From the human T2T-CHM13v2.0 reference genome, Homo sapiens: a stretch of 64,000 nt of DNA. A program made the translations under genes and the position numbers. The stretch lies in NCBI RefSeq assembly GCF_009914755.1, contig NC_060939.1, one strand, 5' to 3'. Positions 43,542 through 58,598 of the stretch are shown piece by piece (positions within the stretch are counted from its first letter, which is position 1; each line of letters opens with the position of its first letter). The notes below the pieces were generated by a model. It was not told the DNA's origin. It did no database searches and saw only the letters and a list, made by a program, of their open reading frames with translations.

Positions 43542-44465
43542 GTAAGTAAACTTATGCAAAAATAACGTTTAAAACCAACATCTTTATCTTTATGTACTTG
43601 GTAATGTATAATTCTTGAATTAATTCCACAGCTTTAGCCTAGCAGATCATAAATTGCAAAGTCAATCTAGTCATGATCTGATTTTTAAATCTTTCTAAAA
43701 GACATTAGAGTTTTTACAGGAGCTATCAACTTATCTGACTTTGTTGACTTAACTGGTTGGTTCAAGTGTGAAATCGCTGAGTTTCGAAGTTTAATCCTAC
43801 AGAGAGATTTCACCTTGTAGCATACTGGCCACTTTTCCACATTTCTTATTTAATTAACCCTCAAGTATCCCCAAATGTCAGTCAATAAAATTGTTTTTTT
43901 TTTTTCTTGGAATATGAACATGCTTTGTCACCAGATCAAAATTAAATTACTGTGTAGCCAAATTTTATTTATGGATCTCTGAATGTAAAGGTTTAGGGGG
44001 CAGTTTTCTATAGAACTTGTACCTCTATATTTTGTTTAGTTGTTATTCATGCCTATTGTAAGATTATTTAGTTGCACTGAAATAAACTTACCAACAATAA
44101 CAAGTAGAATCATAAGGCTGTTTCAAAGACCAGTGCAGACTTGGCTTTTGAGTAAGGGAAGTTATTTGTTTTCATAAAAATACTTTAGTTTATGGGTTTT
44201 CATAATCACCTTGAGAGTCAAAGGGAAAAAAAATTAAACAGGAAACTTATCTAGTATTAATTTTGGAGCAAAGTTTTGTCTTCCTCTAACAAAGATAATT
44301 TTTTATAATGAAAGCTCTAAATTTATTTAGGTAGTCCCTTTCATCTCTAATAGCCTTTGTTAATATGTCATGAAATTAAATGATGTTAGTATGGATAAAA
44401 CCGTGGGTCTTAGTCTCAGTATTCTTTCTGTATATATTATCTTGATTAAAGATTTAGGGATGGAA

Positions 44466-45251
44466 AAAACACATGAAAAAATGCTCATCATCACTGGCCA
44501 CCAGAGAAATACAAATCAAAACCACAATGAGATACCATCTCACACCAGTTAGAATGGCGATCATTAAAAAGTCAGGAAACAACAGGTGCTGGAGAGGATG
44601 TAGAGAAATAGGAACACTTTTACACTGTTGGTGGGACTGTAAACTAGTTCAACCATTGTGGAAGTCAGTGTGGCGATTCCTCAGGGATCTACAACTAGAA
44701 ATACCATTTGACCCAGCCATCCCATTACTAGGTATATACCCAAAGGATTATAAATCATGCTGCTATAAAGACACATGCACACGTATGTTTATTGTGGCAT
44801 TATTCACAATAGCAAAGACTTGGAACCAACCCAAATGTCCAACAATGATAGACAGGATTAAAAAAATGTGGCACATATACACCATGGAATACTATGCAGC
44901 CATACAAAATGATGAGTTCATGTCCTTGGTAGGGACATGGATGAAATTGGAAATCATCATTCTCAGTAAACTATTGCAAGAACAAAAAACCAAACACCAC
45001 ATATTCTCACTCATAGGTGGGAATTGAACAATGAGAACACATGGACACAGGAATGGGAACATCACACTCTGGGGACTGTTGTGGGTTGGGGGGAGGGGGG
45101 AGGGATAGCATTGGGAGATATACCTAATGCTAGATGACGAGTTAGTGGGTGCAGTGCACCAGCATGGCACATGTATACATATGCAACTAACCTGTACATT
45201 GTGCACATGTACCCTAAAACTTAAAGTATAATGATAATAAATTTAAAAAAA
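44466..45251 (+). mobile_element. 5'-truncated L1PA2/PA3-like insertion (~0.79 kb), sense to MAP2K5
   Basis: ORF2 C-terminal ORF 44473-45027 and 3'UTR gctagatgacgagttagtggg. Perfect 18-bp TSD aaagatttagggatggaa at 44448-44465 and 45252-45269, at a TT/AAAG site. Confidence 0.97.
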
Positions 45252-46204
45252 AAAGATTTAGGGATGGAACCTTATTCTAAACCTAATTCTAAACCTAAAC
45301 CTTCTTCTCAGAACAATACAAAACATTTTGTTTTCATTCAGATACCAGAATAGCTCATTTTTGTCTTGCATGGTTTTTAAAGAAAGTTTATACTTTCTTG
45401 TATAATAATAGGAAAAATAATAAATTAACCTCTGAAGTCTTCATATCTGTTTTTATAAAATGTAATTACCTTCCTTCCTCTACCAAGTTAGGTGAGATTG
45501 GTGAGCCACCTTTATAGCCTTGCTGAATGCTAAGGTTTAAGTCTTTGAAAGAATATGAAACACTGTAATTTTTTAAAAGTTGGGGGGACATGACTATAAA
45601 TGAAACAATTGCTCAACTACCCAGCATGTTCTTAGTAGCTTTAAATTCCTCTGATAATTAAATTGCATTATATTTGAATGTACAAATCCAGATTACAGTT
45701 GTCTTTCCCAGGTGTACATTAAAGAAATTAGTTTTTTATTTTTGTTTATGGATGAATGTGATGCATCTATCTGTTAATTGAAAATGTGAGGATTAAAATT
45801 ATGAAATGTTAGCTTGGATTGACAAAACTAAAATTGCTTTGCTTCTTAGGTGAGTGAATTCTAGTCGTCAGCTTTGTAGTTCAAGCTATAAAAAGCATAA
45901 GATACCTAGAAAAGGAGCAATGATAGCTTGAGAGTGAGTGCTTTGCTCAGGTCAGTAGGAGGCTCTTATTGGCCAAGTGCTCACCTACATGGTGTAAGGT
46001 TGGGGGTGGGGGGAGGTGGAAATAACCTATATTATTATAGTACAGGTATGAATCCCTGACTTTTATCTGCTGACAGTCTCTTGAGAGAAAAGAGCTGAGC
46101 TTTTTTTTTTTTTTTTAACCACAACTAGTTCTCATTTTAGCTGTTATATTTTACAATTTTGAGTTCTACATGAGCCCTATGCCAAATATCCATGAACTAC
46201 AGTT

Positions 46205-46451
46205 CTCAGGCCAAATTCAATTTACTGGAACAATGTACTGATCACTCTTCCAAGCTCTTACTGCCTATTTTTGTAAATAAAGTTTTATTGGAACATGACC
46301 ACACCCATTTGCTTATATATTATGCATGGCCCCTTTAGCACTACAGTGGCAGAGTTGAGTAGTTGTGACATTTGCAGCAGAAAGTATATGGCTCATAACA
46401 TGAAAAATATTTACTAGCTGACCCTTTACCGAAAAAGTTTGCCAGCCCCTG
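46205..46451 (+). mobile_element. MER58-like hAT MITE
   Basis: tttttgtaaataaagttttattggaaca ... aaaaagtttgccagcccctg. Confidence 0.82.
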
Positions 46452-46666
46452 ATCTATGCCAGTGAAAGTTGTATCTGAAACTGAGCACCTTCAATAATCA
46501 ACCAGCATTTACTGAGCATCTTCTATGCTGTTAGGTACAGTGGAACCACTCTATAATGTAGATAAGACTTGGGTGAAACAGGGAACACGACATTATATGT
46601 AGCAGCATTATGTGTGACATAATAAAGACTTAAGTTGTACCAAACATACATTTAGAAAATAAGACA

Positions 46667-47001
<335 letters not shown>

Positions 47002-47219
47002 TCAAACAGTATGTGAAAAGGATGCTTGCATAAGAGAAAGATCACTGTGAATGGATGAGCAAATACTCAGAAATAGAAGGCATGGGTGAGGGTGAAGAAG
47101 TGGGGAAGAGGACAAATAAAAAATTGCAGGAATACATAATTAGAAGTCATTTGATACCCTCATTTTATGTATTTCCCTCACTTTATATTCATGCATACTT
47201 CTGTATAGTGATAATAACA

Positions 47220-47460
47220 TCAGTAATAATAATAGCTTACACTTAGGTAGCTTTATGTGCCAATCACTCTTCTTACATATATTAACTTTTAAATCCTCAC
47301 AACACTATGACATAGGTAATATTATTATTCTCATTTTAGAGATAAAGAAACTGAAGCAAGAGAAGCTAAGTGACTTACCCAAGTTCACAAAGCTCATAAG
47401 TGTCAATCAGAACTCAAAATTAAGTGATCTGCCTTCAGAGACTAAATTCTTAATTGCTGT
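47220..47460. mobile_element. MIR
   Basis: aaatcctcacaacactatga..cattttagagataaagaaactgaag..gtgacttacccaag. Confidence 0.8.
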
Positions 47461-48160
47461 GCCTCTCATTATACCCATATTATTTATGCATCTCCCCCAA
47501 TCTAGATTATGACTTTCACAGTGGCAAGATTTATTCTGCTCACTCTATATATCCAGTACCTCACACAGTGCCAGATGAATGAATTAGTTCACGAAAGCTG
47601 CATTCCAAAAGTGTCTTGTTCTCTAATTATAAGCACAGCATTTAACTTTTCGTATTAAGAATCTTGCTTGTGTTTCAAGGTATAGACAGCCCAAAATTAC
47701 CCAAATACAGCCAGCTAAGCTACTCAAATATGAAAAAGAAAATATATCAGAATGAAATAGCCCTGTATATGTGAATAATCTCACTTAATCTGTAATCGAA
47801 AGCGTAAAATATAGAAAAGATAATTAGGAAAAAGACAGGGAGGTTTTTGTAACATCATTAGTCATTTAGAAAAACCAAGTATGGGCACATTAAGCAGCAA
47901 TGTGCTTGTAGGAGACTTGAAAAGTCATCTTGATCCAACCTCCCCATTGACCAGTGAGGAGACTGAGACCTGGAAAAGTGAAGTGTCATGCTCAAGGAAA
48001 TACTGTTTTTTAGGGGCAGATAATTAATAGGTTCAATAGATACCTTCATCCAAACCATGAAAGATTTTCAACCACATTTTGATAGGATTTTATCCATAAG
48101 AATTATAAAAGGGGTCTGGAAACTTGGAGCTTATATTAAATTAACCATTTTTCAGAAATT

Positions 48161-48476
<316 letters not shown>

Positions 48477-49019
48477 TAAAAATTTTATTATGTTTTTAAG
48501 ATAGAAGTTCCTAAAACTTTAACCAACTATTCAGTCTTCCTGGCTTACTATCATTTTAAAAATCAAATATAAAAATTGACACTATTGCTATGATTAACTG
48601 AAGTTTTAAAATGAAAAAATCTTACTCAAATACTTGGGATCAGAAAGTCAATCTAAATAACCATTCTTATCTCTAGAACATTTTTTTCTGCCCAAGCTAT
48701 TCCAGTTCTTGGTAATTGTCTTTACTCGGAATAAAACACATACACATTGCATGATCCAACTCAATTGGCTATGCTCATGCGATGGTAGTAATGGTAGTGG
48801 TGGTGACTGGAAGGAGGCTAACATTAACTGAGCATTCCCATGTGGCACGTACTGAAGCACATTACGGGATTCATTTAATCTTCACACAACCCCAGGAGGT
48901 ATACGTATTACTACTATTATTTATTATTACTCTCTTCATTTTACAGATGAGGAAACCAAAGGTAAAAATATCTTTAACCCAAGGTCTCAGAGTTGGCACA
49001 TAGTAAAAGGCAATTTAAT

Positions 49020-49870
49020 GAGGACATCAGCTTCTAGTTTCTGCTAATAGCAGACTAAGTTATTTAGATCAACTCTTCTGTTTAAATATGCTAGCTAAGT
49101 TTTTTTTTTTTTTTAAACCATCTCAAATGCACCGAAGAGCTAAAAAGACAGTGGGCTACTCCCAGGACAATTTTTGAATGAAATCCTACCACAGAGAGGA
49201 AAGTAGAATGGGAGCCCCATCACTGCTTATTCCTGAGGGCATTTGCCTGAATCACAGTCAGGCAAGAGGGGCAGCAGCCAAGCTTCAGGGCCCACCTAAG
49301 TCAGAAGGTCTCAGAGGAGATTTTCTGTTCCCTGCTAGAAGCCTAAATGGCTAACCTCAGTGTAAGAGTAAACTAGATCTAAAACTGCTCCTCTTCCCCC
49401 AGTCCCGGGAAACTGAAGAGGAGGCATCTGGAACTAAGCAGAGAAGCAGAAGAAATAGGAAAAGTGGAACAAACTATGACCATAGCCTAGCCCTAGTATA
49501 GATTTACACCCTGGGTATATGCATACGTGTCCTAGGTTGGACAAGGCACATCATGCTGAGAAGTGGTTTGAGGTGGTCTCCACCTTAGGCCTCAGAGAAC
49601 CTCTCCAAAATTTTTCTTTCAAGGGGAAAAACTAGCAAGCAAAGAGAACCAGGCACACAAGAAAACAAAGCCACCTGAACAAGATCAGCAGGAACAGCAG
49701 GCAGCAGAATCAGATGCATACAGACTTAAGATCACACATTTTTTAAGTGACATAGTAGATTTTTAAAGTCCTAAACAAAACTTCTAGATTAAAATTTAAA
49801 ACTCACTGTATTTGACAGCATATTGGACACAGCAGAAGAGAGAATTGGTGAACTGGAAGACAGATCTGAA
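49020..49870 (+). mobile_element. Old L1M 5'/ORF1 fragment, apparently splitting a MIR (48800-49010, resuming near 49870)
   Basis: ORF1 motif ttggacacagcagaagagagaattggtgaactggaagacagatc, with MIR motifs on both sides. Confidence 0.6.
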
Positions 49871-51269
49871 TTCAAGCAGTCTAACTCCAGAGCCCTGTTT
49901 AACCAGTGTTCTGTCTGCCTACACAGGGATCTTGCCAATGTAAAAAAAAAAAAAAAAAAATCCTCATCACTTGTGATACATATTTTGACTATACACTAGC
50001 CTGAAGTTTTCTTGCCTACTTTGTTAATTTTCTAGGTAGCCTGAGTCTGAACAGAAATTCCTTTTTTGGAAGAGATAAGGGATATACCTTGGTATCTTCC
50101 TGCTTTTGACAAATATCGTTGTAAACAGACGGTTCTGGAGTTAGTTAACTAAATGTGGATTCTTGTCAAGGCTGAGTCACAGAGGGCATCTGGAGGGAGT
50201 ATAGTGTGGGTGCCAGGAGGACTGCCCTTTAAGATCTTCCATAAATTCTACTTATTAGATCATCACTACTCTTTACTGTTCTTATTAAGAACAGGTCAGG
50301 GTTTTTTGTTTCATTTTGTTTGCTTGTCATTTAACCTCACTACAAAGATGTTTTAGACAAGAGTCATGTTTTTCCTATTATTTAGCTTTTCACACTGATG
50401 ACAGCTGTCATGTGAGAGAGTAACCTCCGTTTTAGCTTTTTAACTGCTAAATATCCATCATAGATATTCTGTCAACAACATGGTACCTGGTAGTTGGTTT
50501 TGTTTTGTTTTGTTTTTCAGGGGAGAGGACAGGGCAGGCCACCTTGGCTTCAAGTGTGAGAACAGCTTTGAATTGTGCAGCCTTGGGCCATCAAATCCTG
50601 GCTCCATAAATTCAGAATGTTTTGCTGCTCATCTTGTGTCTAAATCACTTCCAGGGGCCTGAGCACATTTCCCAATCCCTATCCACCTTAAGAGTTGTTT
50701 AGGATAGACACGTGGAGCTTGCTGTTGGCTTTTGCTGAAAATTTTTGCTCAAACACTGCATCACAGCAGTAATCTTGTTTCATTAGCTTATTGCAAGAAT
50801 AATTTCCCCAACAAGAGGTCATCAGAATCTGACCCTTAAAAGAGTTCTCTTATTTGCCATCTAGTATCTGTGAACATTATCACTTTTTCTATTTTTTCTT
50901 CTTAAATTTAATTTAATTTTTCTATGCTTTATTATCAGCTTACAGCTTGCATTTGTTTTGATAGTTCAGTGGGCAAATGTAATAAGTGTGTTTAACCTCT
51001 TTTTTGATCCTGCCCAAATATTTTGTATGTGGGTTCCACTTTTGTGTGTGTGCGTGTTTTTTCTGTATTCTGGGTGAAATACTTGGTACCTGTTAATCAG
51101 TAGAATGAAGAAATGGAGAGAGGAAGGAAAAAAGGACAGGGGGCAGGGCAGCATTTAGTTATTTCTTTAATAATTCTAGAGGATTTTAGGATTTTCATGT
51201 TTGTTAGAAGTTCTTGACAGACATGAATAGCAATGTATGAGGAAGTTATATAAGAACTCTCTAAGGAAC

Positions 51270-52300
51270 TTATTTGTTCATGCAGTAAACATGTATTACA
51301 TTCCTTCAGTCAGCATGCATTGACTGCATACCTGTTATGTGTCAGGTAAGGTATTAGGTATGTTTGCCTAGTACTCTCTTTGCCTCTTAGGAAAAATAGA
51401 CTAGAAAACAGATGATTTTACAACACAGTGTGATAAATAATAAGATATGAACAGCATTTTAATGAAGTACAGAAGCAGGAATTTATAATTCTGCTGTAGG
51501 AGTAGAGAAAGGTTTCACCCTCAAACAGGATCTGTGTGAGACATGGTCATTAAGCAGAGAAGAGGAAGGCAGGGAGATCTAAAAGGTCATTGTCTCTCCA
51601 GGGAACATGGAAATATTTAGTGACTGGAGCTAAGTGTACCAAAGAATCACCCAGAGAAATTATTTTTTAAGTGAGGATCTCTAGCCCCACCCCTAGAGAT
51701 TCTTATTCTGGAGGTTCATTTGTATTAACAGTGAGCACCTCAGGCAGTTCTGCGATGGCTGCTCCAAAAACTGCACATTGAGAAATACTGACCAGCTCAA
51801 GGCTGTGCTTGGCTCTTCTGACTTCTAGTTGTGGGGTCAGTTTGACTCACTGGAAAGAACTCTAATTTTGCAGTCAGACATAACTGGCTTTGAATCCTGG
51901 CTCCGCTCCTGGACAGTGCATTTAATGCTAACCCATAGCTCTAGACTTTGAACAAGTCACTTACTAAGCCTCAGTTTTTACATTTGTAAACTGAGGGCAA
52001 TAATACCTACTTTTGCAAAATCATTATGAAGTAGAAGACCCAAAGTACCTAGCCCAGTGTCTGACACTAGTAAGTGGTCATTAAATGATAGCTATTACTA
52101 TCCTTCTTTTATAGTGGATACAGCACTCATAATGGTTAGTAATGTAAACTACTCTGTGCCTCATTTTCCTCATCTGTTAAATGGTGATGATAAAATAGTA
52201 CCAATATTACATGGATGTTTATGAATCTGAAATGAGATATGCATGAAAAACACTAAAACAAGGCCTGGTGTATAGAAATTCTTTAATAAATGCACACATA
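51270..52300. mobile_element. Remnants of L2, MER5 (~51640-51790) and MIR
   Basis: Recognisable family motifs (agaatcacc..ccccaccctagagatt, cctcagtttttacatttgtaaa). Confidence 0.65.
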
Positions 52301-53308
52301 ATTGTGTTGTTGATGATAGTAATGATGGTGACAATAATGTTATTCCTGTAGCCGGCTAGCCAGTTCCATATGAATACATCCTGGTATCTATTGAATTGGA
52401 TATTGGGGTGTAAGTTATGATCTCAGCCTTGCCATGATTAGCCTGTAACCTTTAGCAATCATTCCACCTTTGTGAGACCTCCGTTTCTCTTATTCATTTG
52501 TTCACGTGTTCATTCCAAAGCCATCTATGAAGTACTGTACTGAATGCTAAATCCTAGAGGGATAGATAGATCAGGAAGCATCCACTCAGTATGAAATTAT
52601 TCCTTTTGAAGTTGAGAGTGTTTATGTAGCCTCTTTTAGACCGGGTATTTGCTATACATCTTGAGTGGAGGACCAAGAGTCCCAAATGGACCTTTCAGAC
52701 TGTTCCTTGGTTCATATACAAAGAAACTCTGATCAATGGAATGAAATGTTGAACAGCAGATGAATCTGGGTAAAGGAAATAGGAATGTGTATTGCTCTGA
52801 TCTCATTTTTTCAAATTTCCTATAAGTTTGAAATTATTTTCAAATAAAAAATTAAAAGAAACCCTCCTGTTCCAGACCAATCTATCAAAATGCAAATAAG
52901 TGATAATATCATATAATGTTGTGTAATTTGTTACTCCACAACAAAGACCACTGGATTTGGAGGGAGAGGATCTGGGTTCAAGTCTCAGCTCATTCACTAC
53001 TTAGGACCTGGCCTAAATTACCTCACTACTCTGAGCCTCCATTTTCTTCATCTGTGAAATGACTTCCAAAGTCTTCCTCACAGGGACTTGGTGAGGATTC
53101 AGTAAGAATATATCTATATATAATTTCTATAGATCATCTATATACTGTATGCACAAATACATATATACACACATGTAAAATTGTTTTGTCATCCGTAAAA
53201 TACTATGCAGATGTTGGTGGCTCCTCACCTTAGCTGAGCTTATTTTGGTGTATGTGTTTTCCTGAGTAGCATCCGTCCACTCACAGGCTCCCTTCTGATT
53301 TCTTGCAG

Positions 53309-53380
53309 CCTGAAAGGATTTCAGGGGAGCAGTATGGAATTCATTCTGATGTCTGGAGCTTAGGAATCTCTTTTATGGAG
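53309..53380 (+). CDS. MAP2K5: MAP2K5 coding exon (probably exon 16), 72 nt, PERISGEQYGIHSDVWSLGISFME
   Basis: Acceptor tttcttgcag|, donor gag|gtacgt. Completes the APE motif and contains SDVWSLG. Confidence 0.98.
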
Positions 53381-53569
53381 GTACGTTGTTTGCACATAGA
53401 CGCTTCTGTGCATATCTGTACTAATATATTCAATCAGGAAAAGTGAAGATTTTGAAAGAATAAGCTAAAATAAACCTTCAGCATGTTATATAGATGTATA
53501 CAGAGTTTGACCATAAAGTCTTTGATTCCTTGTGTGGCTTGTGAACTGACTCTGGAGGTTATTTTAAAG

Positions 53570-53735
53570 CACTGTTTATTACAGATCACCTGTGTAAGAC
53601 CTGCCTGGAGCGCTTGTTAAAAATACAGATTCTTCAACCCCGTTCAAGACCAATTAAATCCACACCTCTAAGAATCTGCATTGTTAACCTGTTCCCTGGG
53701 TGATTCTTATACATACTAAATCTGGAGAACCCGTG
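53570..53735. mobile_element. MER5-like hAT MITE
   Basis: cttgttaaaaatacagattc..gaatctgcatt..gggtgattcttat..gagaacc. Confidence 0.75.
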
Positions 53736-54224
53736 ATGTAAAATAGGGACTCCAGAAAAATTCTGTGCCCTGTTGGAATGCATATGTAACTTCCAACGGT
53801 GATTAGTTTAAAAGATACAGCACTACTCATTTAGATATATAAGTTATATATGTTTGTTTTAAAAGAAAAAAAAATCACCTCATTCCAGTATAGTCTTATC
53901 ACATGTGTATGTGGGTTAAGGGGTGGTGTGATATGATGGAGAGGGAAGGGGGAAGAGGATGTATGTATTTAGCACAATTGCAATATCAACTCTTTATAGC
54001 TGTATTTAGAATGGACTTTATGTTAGTGTTCTAGATGTAGCTCCATTAGAACTCTATGCTATGTTTTTTTTAATAAAATGATGATTGATCTACAAAAAAA
54101 TGCATGTAACTTATATTAGAAGGACATATGGCTCAGTTTGAATTATGGTAGTATAGAACCTGTATACTGACCAGTGCTTCAAAAATTCTCATTTAAATTG
54201 ATTCAGATAAAGAAGGACTTGTAT

Positions 54225-54361
54225 TTTCTTTATTTTTTCTTAATAGAGATAGGGTCTTGCCATATTGCCTGGGCTGGTCTTGAACTCTTGGGCTCAAGCA
54301 GTCCTCCTGCCTGGACTTCCCAAAGTGCTGGGATTGTAGGCAGGAGCCACTGTGCCTGGCC
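54225..54361 (-). mobile_element. Alu monomer (FLAM-like)
   Basis: Single reverse arm with TSD aggactt. Confidence 0.85.
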
Positions 54362-55424
54362 AGGACTTTTTATAATAGAAAAGTAGAAAGGACTCTTTAA
54401 ATAATATCATAGATAGAGTTGCAATCATGATTTTGTAACCTTTTTTTTTAGTCAAATACTTTTTCTGTGAGTTTTGTAATGCATGAATGCAATTGTATTT
54501 GTAAGGAAATAATCTTCAAACTCAATTCACCTGCACAGTAGAAAGAAAGCAAAAATAAAGTGTTGAACGTTTATTAAATCATATTCTTCTGCTTCTTCTT
54601 AAAAGGGAATCTAAGAGGAAATACAATATGTATGCATCAGCTGAGAGGTTAGCGATAATGGTGGTCAGATCTCAGAACTGAGTCTCCCAACAGAATCCAC
54701 AAGGGCTTATTCTATTAGCCTGTTTCAGGGGAAACTAGTGTTTTTGATTTGTGGGACTCAGTATTGCTGTTATACAATTTCCTTTTGCATATTTTAAATT
54801 GTTATCATTTATTTTATAAATGACTGGATATAGTGTAAGACAATTGAGAAGTTACATGGTGTAGAGATAAGAATCCTAGATTGGGAATGGAAGACCTGGA
54901 TTACAGTTCCAGGTTTGCTACTAGTTTTTTAGGTGACCCTGTGGAAGCCACTGTTCTTCACTGGGCCTCAGTTTCTTCATTTGTAAAATATTGATCTCTA
55001 AGCCCCTTTCCAGACTAACATTCTATGACTGTGCTACTGCTCATGGTGTTGTTTTCTTTCCTTAGCTTTCACACAGCAACTCTAGAGTTGTGTGACTGAG
55101 ACAGTGATAAAATGACATAAAATGCAGAGGCATGGCACTACTATAAGAGAGCATAACTATTAGATTTAAGATTTAGAGCACATATAAATGTTCACTATTC
55201 ATCCTTTCTACATTCATTTATGCATTCATGTGTTGAACTCCTGCTATGCCTGCTGTATAGGCAATGGGGATAGAGTAAGGAAAAGACACTCAAGTCTTGG
55301 CTGTCATGGAGTTCCATTTGGCAAGGGCTGGGGCATGAGGGGAAGGACAGAGAACAAAGGGATAACTAAATATGTAATTTGTCAGGTGGGGATAAGTCCC
55401 ATGGAGGAAAAAAAAAGCAGACTA

Positions 55425-55732
<308 letters not shown>

Positions 55733-56819
55733 CTAGACTAGTCCTCTCTGGTAAAGTACCACTTGAGCAGATACTTGAATGCTGTGAGAGAAGGAAGCCA
55801 CCTGATAACAAGCTCAAAGGCACCAAGATAGAGTACACTCTCAGCGTATTTAAGGAAGAGAGAGACCAGTGTGACTTGACTGGAGTTAACAAGGGGAAAA
55901 GTGGGAAAAAATAAATTTAGAGAGGTAGCCAGGGGCCAGGGCAAATATAGCCTTGTAGGCCATGCTAAGGACTTTAGGTATTACTCTTAGAAGAAATGAT
56001 CTGACTTAAATTTTCACAGTATCACTGAGTGCTCTGTGGAGCATGACTATAGACAGGCAGGTGTGGAAACAGGGAGATCCGTTTAAGTAGGTAGGAGGAC
56101 AGGTGCTCAATAAATATATTTATGTTGCATATTGAAATATGTGTCTGTCTGCCAGTATTTTGCTGGGTGCTAGGGGTACAAAGATTAATAAAAAGAGACT
56201 CTTTGTAGTGTAAGGAAGGAGATTGCCATTGATATATTTGGGTTCTGTTGATGATATTCATTTATCCTGGAGATAAACTATTGAATATTCTGTGGAGGAC
56301 TGAAGAAAACAGACTCATTGAATTTTCAGGATCGAAGAGGATTAGGTATAGAGAACTCTGTGAAAAAGTGTCAGCATTGAGTGTGGGACACCTGAATGCT
56401 GTAAGGACTGTGTTGGCTCGTGTGGTAGAGAGCAGATAACCAGATGGTCAGGAGTGAGGGCCAGGAAGAGCTAGGCCTTTTGATGCTCCTTGTATTTTAA
56501 AATGGATGGTAAGGAGCCGGGTGTTACAGCAGGAGGAAGAGATGTTGTTAGAGGTTGTAAAGAGGAATCAGATTATGATCATCAGAGAGGGTTGTTGAGC
56601 ACCTCTGTACATGATGCTTAACTAAATGCCTTCAGAAGGAACTATAGGATTGTAGCCCCTGACCTCTAGGGGCTTATTACCCCCACACAACATGTTACCA
56701 ACACAAGTAATAGACCAGTAAGTCATTAGAGAATAGTGTAAGGCCCCTGGCATGTTTTATATACCTAATCTATTTGGGGTCCAGGGTAAAGAAAAATATG
56801 TGATAGGGAAGAGAAGTAG

Positions 56820-57186
<367 letters not shown>

Positions 57187-58005
57187 GGTTCTTGTTTTTT
57201 CTTAAGGGTCAATATAATGAGAACATTACCTGAAGGGATTAGGAAGTTAGTCCAAAAGAAGTACTTGAAGACCAAGATTCTTATTTGTTTTTACCGTAGT
57301 ATGTTAGGAATAGATGTAGCAAATCCAATTTAAAATCACTATAGACAGAAGTGTGAATCTCAATAGCATTTTAGAATCTGAGGAACAAAGTGCATTCTGT
57401 AACATAGTCAACACTTTCTAAGAATTACTCCTCTTCTGTTTATTCTCACTTGTAAAAACAAAATTCTCTTTCTAGTAGAAACTTTCCTTTCTTCAATAAT
57501 TCTTACTTAAGCACTTGCCCTGTGCCAGGCCCTGGAGAGTGGGGCACACAGAGCTGAGGAGAGCCCACCTCTGGTAGAAAAGAAAGATACCCAAAGCCCA
57601 GAATGGTGTGATGAGTCTTCAGTAGAGATGTTTACAAAGGACTCTGAGCCACAAGGGGAAGGGGGTGGGGTTTCACACAAAGGAATTGACATTTAAGGGA
57701 GATTGGTCTTGAACAGACTTTGCCACTAGGAGAAAGAGGGAAAAGATAGAGGATCTCTTCCCCATTTCCCAGCACACTCTAAGGTATGGATCCCTGTAAA
57801 CACTTAAGGAGAGATCAAATGTCAAAGTATGCAAGGTCTCCCCTGGTGTAGTTTCACTACTTTTTTGTGTGCATGCCTTCTTCAAAGTATTTTAAGTTAA
57901 CCAGTTTATTCTCCTAGGGTACCTGTGGTAAAGAAAAAAAAACTGATAAAAATGTAGGAAACCGAGCAAAGGAATTTCCCTGAAATTACACAGGAATCAA
58001 ATACA

Positions 58006-58308
58006 GGCTAGGCCTGGCGGCTCATTCCTGTAATACCAGCACTTTGAGAGGCTGAGGCAGGAGGATTGCTTGAGGCCAGGAGTTCAACACTAGTCTGGGC
58101 AACATAGCAAGACTCCATCTCTAAAAAAACAATTTTTTTTTTCATTTAGCCAGGAATGGTGGTGTGTGCCTATAGTCCTTGCTATGTGGCAGGCTGAGGC
58201 AGGAAAATTGCTAGAGCCTAGGAGTTTGAGGCTGCAGTGAGCTATGATTGCACCACCACACTCCAGCCTAGTCAACAGAGCAAGATGCTGTCTTAAAAAA
58301 AAAAAAAA
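58006..58308 (+). mobile_element. AluJ
   Basis: Diverged full-length Alu. Confidence 0.92.
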
Positions 58309-58472
58309 TCAGATAGAGACAAAATGGGCATGAGAGTTTTCTGTCTCCTTTACATCTCCCTAGCACCCTTTCCTCCAGTTCCATAAACTGTCATCTCTGA
58401 GGTTTGGTGATGCCAGAAGCAGAAAGTTCAATTTACAGCTGTCAGACTTGAAGCCTGCCCCCTGCCTCCCAC

Positions 58473-58598
58473 TTTTTTTTTCTAGAGACGTGGTCTTGAT
58501 ATGTTGCCCAGTGTTGCCTCGAATTCCTGGGGTCAAGTGATCCTCCTGCCTCAGCCTCTTGAGTAGCTAGGACTACAGGTGTACCACTGCACCTGGCT
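58473..58598 (-). mobile_element. Alu monomer
   Basis: Single reverse arm. Confidence 0.85.
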
